52,118 bases of DNA from positions 1-52,118 of the IMG/VR virus record IMGVR_UViG_3300043672_000030, one strand, 5' to 3'. A program made the position numbers and the translations under genes. This document shows, in pieces, positions 18,088 to 25,802 of this stretch. A model generated the notes under the pieces. That model saw only the letters and a list, made by a program, of their open reading frames with translations, searched no databases and was not told the origin of the DNA. Source of the stretch: a virus. Numbering within the stretch: position 1 is the stretch's first letter; each line of letters opens with the position of its first letter.

Positions 18088-18875
18088 CCTGGTTTGATCG
18101 TTTGGTGTTTTTCCCGCCCGTCGTGGCCCTGTTGGCGATTATCGGGTTGGTGGTGGGGGTGATCGGTCCGGCCCCGGCAACAGCGACAGCCCCCGCCAAC
18201 GTCACGTGTATCGCCCACCGGGGCGGTGACCACTGGTCGCCCGCGCATACGGAAGAGACGGCCGCGACGTACGCGGCGGCGATTACGGCGGGGGTACCTG
18301 AGGTGGAGGGGGACGCCCGGTTCACCTCGACCGGGTACCCGTACCTGTTGCATGATGCGACGCTCGGTCTGTTCGGGCACTCCTCGACTACTCTCGCGGC
18401 TGTGTCCGGAACCGTTGCGACGGGGCCGACGTACGTTTCGGCGACCGGTGATCAGTTGCTCAGCTTGTATTCGTTGCGGGAGATGTTGAAGGTGGTCCCG
18501 ACCCGGTTGCAGTTGGAGTTGAAAACAACACTGACGGAACCGAATTGGGTGATGCTGGCGTCCCGTCTGGACCCGATCAAAGACAAGGTCACGATCACCA
18601 GTTTCAACCCGGACACCGTCCAGGCCGCCCAGGAACACGGGTACCGGACCGGGTACCTGTCGTCGACGTTCTCCGAATCAACGGAAGCCCCGACCTGGGT
18701 TCAGGACTTCGCCACCCTCGAACCGGACGACGTCGCATTGCACGCCGCCCGTGGTGTGGCCACTCAGACGTGGACGATTGACACGGCCAACGACTGGGAT
18801 GCGGCGGCGGCGGCCGGAGTCACCGGGATCATCACCAACGATCCGGCGGCGTGCATGGTGTGGGCCGCGTCATGA
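18084..18875 (+). CDS. Membrane-anchored glycerophosphodiester phosphodiesterase (GDPD) family protein
   Basis: 263 aa. It has an N-terminal TM and the GDPD-like motifs IAHRGG, EET, EVEGDARFT and LLHDATL. Confidence 0.65.
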   Translation: MTWFDRLVFFPPVVALLAIIGLVVGVIGPAPATATAPANVTCIAHRGGDHWSPAHTEETAATYAAAITAGVPEVEGDARFTSTGYPYLLHDATLGLFGHSSTTLAAVSGTVATGPTYVSATGDQLLSLYSLREMLKVVPTRLQLELKTTLTEPNWVMLASRLDPIKDKVTITSFNPDTVQAAQEHGYRTGYLSSTFSESTEAPTWVQDFATLEPDDVALHAARGVATQTWTIDTANDWDAAAAAGVTGIITNDPAACMVWAAS

Positions 18876-19168
18876 CCGATCCGTGGTTCTGGGTTGTGCT
18901 CATGTGGTGGGCGCTGATCTGCGGGTGGAATCGGGCGGTCCCCCTGGATTACCGGATCTGTATCGCACTGGGTATCAACTACACCGTGGTAGCTGCAGCC
19001 ATGCTGATCCGGGACGGGATCACCCCGGGCGGGGTGCTGGAGTCGTTCATCGCTGGTTGGTGTTGGCATCGGGCGTGGGTCAACCGGCCACCGCGCCGCC
19101 GTAAACCCTCGAAAGTGTTGGCTCGGGTTCGGGACCTGGGGCACCGGTTGGCGGTGGAACCGTCATGA
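18872..19168 (+). CDS. Membrane protein
   Basis: 98 aa with 2-3 TM segments. ATGA overlap. Confidence 0.5.
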   Translation: MTDPWFWVVLMWWALICGWNRAVPLDYRICIALGINYTVVAAAMLIRDGITPGGVLESFIAGWCWHRAWVNRPPRRRKPSKVLARVRDLGHRLAVEPS

Positions 19169-19575
19169 CGTACGGGGTTCAAGCCCAAGGCTTCACCCCC
19201 CGAGAACGGAAGATCGCCGATCTGGTGTCGACCGGCCACACCAACGCGGGTATCGGGGTCCAACTGCAAATCTCACATCACACCGTGAAAACCCACCTAC
19301 AGCGGATGTTTCGGAAAACCGGGACCGTGAACCGGGCGGACCTGGTGCGGTTCCTCGCGGAAGGGTTAGAACCCGGAACCCCCATGATCCGCACCACCGA
19401 AGAGGTGGTGGAAACCCTGAAAGCGATGCGAACGCAACGGGCATCATTCACAGCGGAGTGGAACACCCCGGCGTTCTACCGGCAGGAAGGCGAAGTGATG
19501 ATCTTGGATGCGTTGATTCGCCGGTTGATGCCTGCCCCCGTTCGAGCCCGACCACGATCAACGGAGACCCGGTGA
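19165..19575 (+). CDS. LuxR/GerE-type HTH regulator
   Basis: The motif ERKIADLVSTGHTNAGIGVQLQISHHTVKTHLQRMFRK is typical of this family. Confidence 0.7.
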   Translation: MTYGVQAQGFTPRERKIADLVSTGHTNAGIGVQLQISHHTVKTHLQRMFRKTGTVNRADLVRFLAEGLEPGTPMIRTTEEVVETLKAMRTQRASFTAEWNTPAFYRQEGEVMILDALIRRLMPAPVRARPRSTETR

Positions 19576-19757
19576 GCGCGAACACGGTAGCGGTGGTGTG
19601 GATCGGGGTAGTCCTGGCCGTCTTTTTCCTGATCGGGTCCTGTATCAGCGCAGCCAACCACCCCCCCGAAAAACCCACACGATGCGTCGCCTACCAGAAC
19701 CCGGGCGGAACGCCGGGGGACTCCTGTCAGGATCTCGGGGAGGAGTGGTCGCCGTGA
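19572..19757 (+). CDS. Small membrane protein
   Basis: GTGA overlap. 61 aa with one TM. Confidence 0.4.
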   Translation: MSANTVAVVWIGVVLAVFFLIGSCISAANHPPEKPTRCVAYQNPGGTPGDSCQDLGEEWSP

Positions 19758-19975
19758 ACATGATCCGGTTGTCCCGGCCGTGCCCCGGGTGCGGCAGGAA
19801 GATCAACCCATCCCGGTATGCGTGCTGGACATGTTGGCGGAGGCTACCCCCGGATCTACGGACGTTGGTACTGCGGGCGTGGGGTAGACGCACCCACGGT
19901 GAACCTGGTGCCGCTACCGAGCACCAGGCCGCCAAAGGGAAGGCATCAGCATGGTTCACGGACCACCCCCGGTGA
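19754..19975 (+). CDS. Small zinc-finger-like protein
   Basis: CPGC...CWTC motif. 73 aa. GTGA overlap. Confidence 0.45.
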   Translation: MNMIRLSRPCPGCGRKINPSRYACWTCWRRLPPDLRTLVLRAWGRRTHGEPGAATEHQAAKGKASAWFTDHPR

Positions 19976-20045
19976 CACCGTGCCCGTTCCGCCGCTGGTG
20001 CTACTGCACCGCCGGAGCCTGCGAAGCGACGAAGGAGAAAACCTG

Positions 20046-20480
20046 ATGACCGGTCCGTTCGGGCAACCGAGACAGTGGGTGGTGGAGTTGCCGTTCACAG
20101 TCCCGTTGTCGATGAACGATTCACCGCCGATGTCGGCGGGGGCGCGGATGGCTCGGGCGCGGATTGTCCGGACGTGGCGGGACACGTCGTGCACTCTCGC
20201 CCGGCGGGCGGGGGTGCCCCGGCTGGAAAGGTTTACCGCCGTCCTCAACTGGCAACCCGGACGCAACGCCCGCCGGGACCCGGAAAACTATTTCGCGGCG
20301 GTGAAACCGTTGGTGGATGGGCTGATTGATGCGGGGGTGGCCCGGGACGACACAGGTGTCTACTACGTGTCGTCCACCCCGATCATCCACCCAGCAGTGA
20401 AGGGGGAAAAGCCCCAAATGTGGTTGACGGTGGTGGATCTTTCAGACCAGCCCGGCGCACAGCAAACACTGAACATCTAA
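20046..20480 (+). CDS. rusA: RusA-like Holliday junction resolvase
   Basis: 144 aa, GAAGGAG SD. Motif seen: RRDPENYFAAVKPLVDGLIDAGVARDD. Confidence 0.65.
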   Translation: MTGPFGQPRQWVVELPFTVPLSMNDSPPMSAGARMARARIVRTWRDTSCTLARRAGVPRLERFTAVLNWQPGRNARRDPENYFAAVKPLVDGLIDAGVARDDTGVYYVSSTPIIHPAVKGEKPQMWLTVVDLSDQPGAQQTLNI

Positions 20481-20499
20481 CCAGGGAAGGTAACTAATT

Positions 20500-21021
20500 G
20501 TGACCGATTTGAAGATCGATGGGAAACCGAACGCCGGATCGACGTCGGCACTCGAACCCCACATCACCCGCCTATACGACAAGCCCGGGTTGAGCATCAT
20601 GGCGGTGGTGGAGTTCCGGCACGACCAGCGAACCCAGGTCGCCGCCGGGTCCGACAAGAAACAATCCGTCACCGTAAAGATCATCGGGTGTGAGGTGGCG
20701 AACCCGGAACAGGAAGGAGCGCTGCGGGAAGCCCAGCGGGCCCTCTACCTCCAACGCACCGCCGCCGGGACGATCGATGAAGACGGGGCCGTCACCCTCA
20801 ACGACGACACCATCCGCCGCACCGGTGGCCTGTTGACGGCGATCGAGGTGGCCCGGCTACGGGCCGGGTTGTTGTCGTGGACGGCGTACACCCGTCAAGT
20901 CGTTGGCACCGCCCACAACTTTTCCGCCACCGAAATCGCCCACGAACTTCAGGCCATCGCGGACGGCCTCACCGCCGTCCTGACGACGGCCGCCCTCCCG
21001 ATCGGAGACGACGATGCCTGA
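20500..21021 (+). CDS. Hypothetical protein
   Basis: 173 aa, GTG start after a GGGAAGG SD. Confidence 0.5.
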   Translation: MTDLKIDGKPNAGSTSALEPHITRLYDKPGLSIMAVVEFRHDQRTQVAAGSDKKQSVTVKIIGCEVANPEQEGALREAQRALYLQRTAAGTIDEDGAVTLNDDTIRRTGGLLTAIEVARLRAGLLSWTAYTRQVVGTAHNFSATEIAHELQAIADGLTAVLTTAALPIGDDDA

Positions 21022-21358
21022 TGACGAACTGACGGACGGGCCGACCTACGCCCAACACCGGGCACGGCTGAACACGCTCGAAGCGGAACAACGGCTCCGG
21101 GAGAAGATCGCCGCGTCCGAACAGTCCGCCCCCGCCCGCCCGGTAGAGGACCGTAACGACGTCCGTCCGCCGGTGCCCGATCTGCCGCCGGTGACGTGGG
21201 ATGAGGACTGGAGGGAAGCGCTCCGCCTCGCCGTCGGCCTGTACGCCGGATGCCCGTCAACGGTGACCGTCGACGCATCCCAGCGAGAGTTTCTCCGGAC
21301 GGCGGCCTGGTTCTACACCGTCGTCTCCACCCCACCCGTTCCGGGAGATTGGGGGTGA
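21014..21358 (+). CDS. Hypothetical protein
   Basis: 114 aa. Confidence 0.5.
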   Translation: MPDDELTDGPTYAQHRARLNTLEAEQRLREKIAASEQSAPARPVEDRNDVRPPVPDLPPVTWDEDWREALRLAVGLYAGCPSTVTVDASQREFLRTAAWFYTVVSTPPVPGDWG

Positions 21359-21714
21359 CCGGGGTACAGGTGGCACCGGACGCCCGGGACGCCGTCCTGC
21401 GACTCCTGTACGACCACACCGTGGCGAAGTCCCCCACCCTCATCTGGGAAGCCCTCGCTGAGGCGCTGATCAGTGCGGCGATTACGGACCCCCCCGTCAC
21501 CGCCCACCAACTCGAAATCGACGGCGAGTACGTGGCGTCGCTGCGGGCCCAACGCCGGGCGGCCGAACTCCAAGCCGAACACTCCCAACGACTCGCCGCC
21601 CTGGTCGAACGGTCCGAAGTACTCGCCGAGATGCAAATCGAGTTGGCCCGACGCCAACTCGAAGAGACGCCCCAGCCGTTCGTCGTGGATGACCCGGATC
21701 CGGGTGGAACATGA
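21355..21714 (+). CDS. Hypothetical protein
   Basis: GTGA overlap. 119 aa. Confidence 0.45.
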   Translation: MTGVQVAPDARDAVLRLLYDHTVAKSPTLIWEALAEALISAAITDPPVTAHQLEIDGEYVASLRAQRRAAELQAEHSQRLAALVERSEVLAEMQIELARRQLEETPQPFVVDDPDPGGT

Positions 21715-21751
21715 AGGATCCGCAGACATGCGTAGACCAGGGGAGACAGCG

Positions 21752-22573
21752 ATGGCCGTAACTCAGCGCATCCGGTATGAGGTTCTGCGGCGGGACGGGT
21801 ACCGGTGTCGGTATTGCCGGACGTCGGAGGAATCGGCCACTCTGACTGTTGATCATGTCCTGCCGACGGCTCTGGGTGGAACGGATGACCCGGCCAACCT
21901 GGTAGCCGCGTGTGTCGACTGCAACGCGGGTAAAACGTCCACGGCCCCGGACGGGCCGTTGGTGGACGACGTCGCGGCGGACGCGGTGCGGTGGGCTCGG
22001 GCCATCACCCAAGCCGCCGAAGAGGCTGCCTTGGACCGCTCGGCCCGGGAGAAAAAACTCACCGAATTCACCGACGTGTGGGATCGGTGGAAATACCCGG
22101 ACGGTCAGTCGGAGCCGCGTCCGACTAATTGGGCCGCGTCGGTGGAGTCCTGGATGAAAGCAGGGTTGACGATCCCGGACCTCAAGGAGCTCGCCGATAT
22201 AGCGCTCGGAAACTCGAGGATTACCGACTCGTGGAGGTACTTCGCGGGGTGCTGCTGGAAACGAGTGAAACAACGGCAGGCCAGGGCCAAGGAAATACTC
22301 GCGGCGCAGGACTGTGACCGCTGCGAGGGGGTCTGTGAATTCGGCGATGTGGGCGAATGTGCTCGGAGTGCGGCGGAGGACGCGGCGTGGGGGGAGGGGT
22401 TCAAGGCAGGATGTCCGCCGCCGTCCGCCGCCGACACAGCGGCGTACCTCTTAGAGATCGTCGTCGATCTGGCGCCGATCATGCGTCCGGCATCACCGAT
22501 AGTGTTTGACCACCCGAGTTCGTCACCGATTCCGTTCGAAGTTCGTGCCGTTCCGGAATGGTTGGCGTCCTGA
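21752..22573 (+). CDS. HNH endonuclease with C-terminal extension
   Basis: N-terminal HNH motif: YRCRYC..LTVDHVLPTALGGTDDPANLVAACVDCNAGK. The start could instead be 21728. Confidence 0.75.
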   Translation: MAVTQRIRYEVLRRDGYRCRYCRTSEESATLTVDHVLPTALGGTDDPANLVAACVDCNAGKTSTAPDGPLVDDVAADAVRWARAITQAAEEAALDRSAREKKLTEFTDVWDRWKYPDGQSEPRPTNWAASVESWMKAGLTIPDLKELADIALGNSRITDSWRYFAGCCWKRVKQRQARAKEILAAQDCDRCEGVCEFGDVGECARSAAEDAAWGEGFKAGCPPPSAADTAAYLLEIVVDLAPIMRPASPIVFDHPSSSPIPFEVRAVPEWLAS

Positions 22574-23115
22574 TGGCCCGGGATTACGCGCGGATCCTGA
22601 CCCGGATTTGGGCGGACCCAGACTTCCGGACGTTGGCTGTCACCGAGCAACATGCGTACCTGATGGTGTTCTCCGATCCAGCGCTGACGTACTGCGGGGC
22701 GGGGCCGCTGACGGTGAAGCGGTGGGCGAACCAGTCGGCCGGGGGTACGGTCCGCAAGATCCAGACGGCGATCGAAGGACTCGCGGCGCGCCGGTATCTG
22801 ATCATCGATGGGGACACGGACGAGATCATGGTTCGGTCGCTGATGCGCAATGACCAGGTGTTTCGTCTTCCGAACGTCGCTAAGTCCGCGTATGCGTCTT
22901 GGCGGGCGGTGCAGTCACCAGTCATCCGGGCCGAGTGTCTTTTCGAGGTTCACCGGGTCCACGACGGACCGGCGTCCGAGTGGCATCCGAGGACGTTTTC
23001 CGATGAAGGGGTGGCCGAATGGTTGAAGGAACCCTTACCTGAAGGGTTACCTGGAGGGTTCCTGAAGCGGTTCCCTGAACCCTTGCCTAGAGGGTTCGAG
23101 GAAGGGATCCGGTAA
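22573..23115 (+). CDS. Replication-organiser-like DNA-binding protein (tentative)
   Basis: 180 aa. Its 3' end contains about seven 12-bp tandem units and abuts the AT-rich island. The function is inferred from context. Confidence 0.4.
   Translation: MARDYARILTRIWADPDFRTLAVTEQHAYLMVFSDPALTYCGAGPLTVKRWANQSAGGTVRKIQTAIEGLAARRYLIIDGDTDEIMVRSLMRNDQVFRLPNVAKSAYASWRAVQSPVIRAECLFEVHRVHDGPASEWHPRTFSDEGVAEWLKEPLPEGLPGGFLKRFPEPLPRGFEEGIR
23029..23112. repeat. About seven degenerate 12-bp tandem units (GAAGGGTTACCT-like, both orientations): iteron candidates
   Basis: The units read gaacccttacct, gaagggttacct, ggagggttcct, gaagcggttccct, gaacccttgcct, agagggttcgag, gaagggatccgg. Confidence 0.6.
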
Positions 23116-23140
23116 CCCATGCCCTATCGCGCGCGGGCGG

Positions 23141-23182
23141 CCCCTGCCCCTTCCCCTTCCCCTGCCCCTTCCCCTTCCCCTC
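23141..23182. repeat. (CCCCTK)x7 hexamer tract. The minus strand has 7 GGGG runs (G-quadruplex / i-motif potential).
   Basis: cccctg cccctt cccctt cccctg cccctt cccctt cccctc, which is two full 18-mers plus one further unit. Confidence 0.85.
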
Positions 23183-23184
23183 CG

Positions 23185-23300
23185 CACAGTCACCTAGGAG
23201 GTACTATGGTTTTTTAAAAACAGCGATTAATCGCCAAATCCAAAACGTCACTTTAGTAACGCGAGGCTTGAAAACGATTGGAATTGGAAAATTAAATGGC
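23185..23300. other. AT-rich island (candidate DNA-unwinding element or origin)
   Basis: Contains T6A5, the palindrome GCGATTAATCGC (23223..23234), and attggaattggaaaattaaa. It contrasts sharply with the GC-rich surroundings. Confidence 0.5.
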
Positions 23301-23934
23301 AACCAGGGACCAAATTCAAAAACTGGCTGGGGCAACTAATGCCCTTCGCCCTGATTGGCCGGTGAAGTCATTGGTCACCTACCTCGAGAAGAATCACGCC
23401 GCCAGGGCGTACAAGGATTTGGCGCTAGCTTTAGCGTGGTTAGCGACGGACGAGGAGACCCAGAATCCGGCGCGCCTTGCAGAATCCGGGCCTTGGTGGA
23501 CGGCGACCCGTGGATCAACCCTCCGAGGAACGCCCCGGGTTGGTCCGGAACCGGGCGAAGAGCGCTGCGGGTACGCCGGTCACGAGCATGAGTCGGCGGC
23601 CCGTTGTCGACTGTGTGCGGCCGAACGGGCGGCCGGAGATGTCCCGGAGCGGCCCTCAGAGCCCGCTCCGGCGCCCGAAAGCATCGTCCGGGTAGCCAAC
23701 GCCCACCGCACCCGTTCTGGGCCGCCTACGGGCCGCACAGGGCTTCGCGACTTCGCTCAGACCGAGGAGCTCCGCGAACCCGACCCGGCCGCCGTGGCTC
23801 GCTGCGAGCGGACCGGCTGCGGCGGGTACGTCGTCCGCGACGCTGCTGGGCTCGCGGCCCACCAGGCCGTGTTCGGGCATCTGCCCGAGCTGGCCGACAA
23901 TCCCCCGAAACCCGTCGCGGATCCTCCGCGATGA
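23296..23934 (+). CDS. Hypothetical protein
   Basis: 212 aa. The first ~150 nt use AT-richer codons than the rest of the genome. Confidence 0.55.
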   Translation: MATRDQIQKLAGATNALRPDWPVKSLVTYLEKNHAARAYKDLALALAWLATDEETQNPARLAESGPWWTATRGSTLRGTPRVGPEPGEERCGYAGHEHESAARCRLCAAERAAGDVPERPSEPAPAPESIVRVANAHRTRSGPPTGRTGLRDFAQTEELREPDPAAVARCERTGCGGYVVRDAAGLAAHQAVFGHLPELADNPPKPVADPPR

Positions 23935-23969
23935 GCACCACCCCATCCCCCGAAGGGAACGAAAGCACC

Positions 23970-24848
23970 ATGAGCACCAAAACCACCAATACCCCCACGG
24001 TCTCTCCCCCCGTGCTGACTTTGGTCACCCCGGACATGGCTCGGGACTGGCTCGCGGCGAACACGGACGGTAACCGCAACCGGAACTACACCCGGGTTCG
24101 GAACCTCGCGGCGATCATCACCGACGGCGGGTGGAAGGTCACCCACCAGGGCATCGCATTCGACAGCACCGGGAAACTCACCGACGGCCAACACCGTCTC
24201 GCCGCGATCGTCGCAGCGAATGTCCCGGTGCAGATGTTCGTCACTTTCGGTATCGACGCGTTCGCCGTCATCGACACCGGAACCCCCCGCACCGCCGCTG
24301 ACGTTCTCCACATCGGCGTCCACCCGCAAGCGTCCGCCGCCGCCGCCGCACTGAAGCTGCTCATCAAGTACGAGCGCGGGGGCGACCGGCCGTGGGACCG
24401 CAGCTCAAACACCGGCCCCGCCGTGATCTCCGCAACCGCCGCAACCGCCCAAACGGAAATCCTCCGGTCCGCGATCATCTCCTCGAAAAAGGTGGCGTAC
24501 CGGACCAAGGGCGCCCCATCCGGGTTCACCGCCGCCCTGTACGTGTGCGAGCAGTGGGCCACTCGCCGGTTCGCTCACCCCGAATACCAGGGATGGGTGG
24601 ACGGTTTGGCGTCCGGGGTGGGGCTGGGCGACAACGACGCCCGGTTGGCGTTGGCGTCGTGGGTGAACGGGGCCGGACGCCTCATGTCCCACTCCCAGCG
24701 CAACGAACTCCAAATGCAGCTCACCATCAAGGCTTTCCACCTGCACACGCTGGGGAAGACGATGAGCCGGATGCAGGTCGTCAACCCCCGCGTGTTCGTG
24801 TACCGGTTGCCCGGACCGGACTTCCGGATCGACGGTGTGTACGCATGA
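23970..24848 (+). CDS. ParB-like / DGQHR-motif domain protein
   Basis: ATG follows CCCCCGAAGGGA. Motif seen: TDGQHRLAAI. 292 aa. The start could instead be 23931. Confidence 0.6.
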   Translation: MSTKTTNTPTVSPPVLTLVTPDMARDWLAANTDGNRNRNYTRVRNLAAIITDGGWKVTHQGIAFDSTGKLTDGQHRLAAIVAANVPVQMFVTFGIDAFAVIDTGTPRTAADVLHIGVHPQASAAAAALKLLIKYERGGDRPWDRSSNTGPAVISATAATAQTEILRSAIISSKKVAYRTKGAPSGFTAALYVCEQWATRRFAHPEYQGWVDGLASGVGLGDNDARLALASWVNGAGRLMSHSQRNELQMQLTIKAFHLHTLGKTMSRMQVVNPRVFVYRLPGPDFRIDGVYA

Positions 24849-25198
24849 TGCCGAAGGAAGACCTGGTGACAGTCATCCTTAGCGTCCTGGAAAGGGAAGC
24901 CGGGATGGAAACGGCGATTGTTCCGGTGCAGCAGTTGGCGGTGACGATGGCGGTGCGGATCCTGGCCCGGGACCAGGAGTTAGCCACCGCCTATCAGCCG
25001 CTGACGATGACCCGGGCCCAGTTCGCGGAAATGGTGGAGCTGGAACGCCACCGGCCCACCCGCCGCCGCGAAATGCCTGTCTCACTGCCGAACCTCGACA
25101 CCCCCGAGATCATCGCCGAACGGTTGCGGATCCTCGCGGAAATCCCCATCGGCGGGTCGGACGCCGTCGACCCGGACGTCGACGGGTGCCCCACATGA
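24845..25198 (+). CDS. Hypothetical protein
   Basis: ATGA overlap. 117 aa. Confidence 0.5.
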   Translation: MMPKEDLVTVILSVLEREAGMETAIVPVQQLAVTMAVRILARDQELATAYQPLTMTRAQFAEMVELERHRPTRRREMPVSLPNLDTPEIIAERLRILAEIPIGGSDAVDPDVDGCPT

Positions 25199-25362
25199 GC
25201 CGGGTCCTCCCGGTCGCGATTGTCGTCCTGGCTGGGGCCTTCGGGGCCCTGGCCGGGGCGGCATCCCCCGACCGGCCGACCGGGATGGTGTGGATCGTGG
25301 TGTGCGGGGTGTTCCTCGGGGTGTGCTTGTCCGCCGCCTACCAGATCGGCCACCTCACATGA
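25195..25362 (+). CDS. Small membrane protein (55 aa)
   Basis: ATGA overlaps at both ends. Two hydrophobic segments. Confidence 0.4.
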   Translation: MSRVLPVAIVVLAGAFGALAGAASPDRPTGMVWIVVCGVFLGVCLSAAYQIGHLT

Positions 25363-25802
25363 ACGACCGCCCGACCGACGAACTGGGCCGCGAAGCGACG
25401 GATCCGGTGGCCGCGATGACCCAGATGTACCGGCTCCGCTGGGAAGGCGTGAAAACCATTGACCTGTACCGGTTTATGTCGGGGGATCCGATGGAGGTTC
25501 CGTTGACCGCCGTTCACCAGACCGTTCCGAATTCCCGTATCCCTAGCCGGTTCTGGCACCAGGTCATCGGGGAGCCCACCGAAGACCCCCTCGGCCAGTA
25601 CGAACAGTTCAAACAGTGGGAAGCAGAAGATCGGGGGTTCGTCCGGGAGATACGTCTGAACATCTGGGTGGGTCACCCCGGTGACGACGCCGGGCATTGG
25701 TCACCGCTGATCACGTTTCACATGCCTAACGATGAAGCCCAGCGGATCATCGAAACGATTCGAACTGTCTGGGCCGAAGAACACCGAAAGGAACGACGAT
25801 GA
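25359..25802 (+). CDS. Hypothetical protein
   Basis: 147 aa. Confidence 0.5.
   Translation: MNDRPTDELGREATDPVAAMTQMYRLRWEGVKTIDLYRFMSGDPMEVPLTAVHQTVPNSRIPSRFWHQVIGEPTEDPLGQYEQFKQWEAEDRGFVREIRLNIWVGHPGDDAGHWSPLITFHMPNDEAQRIIETIRTVWAEEHRKERR

Noticed and set aside
19972-20046. 24-aa Cys-rich micro-ORF (VTPCPFRRWCYCTAGACEATKEKT) between 19754..19975 and rusA.
   Set aside because: It has a GTGA-coupled start and fills the gap, but it is too short to support without expression or conservation data.
23141-23182. A possible CRISPR array or minisatellite.
   Set aside because: The units are contiguous 6-mers with no spacers, and there are no cas genes. This is a simple tandem repeat.
23119-23217. 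32-aa ORF (MPYRARAAPAPSPSPAPSPSPPHSHLGGTMVF) and the nested AGGAGG-N5-ATG GTT TTT TAA mini-ORF in the origin-like gap.
   Set aside because: The reading frame is simply the (CCCCTK)n repeat translated. There is no independent support. The perfect SD plus 3-codon ORF is intriguing but could be chance in an AT-rich patch, so it is reported as part of the origin-like region instead.
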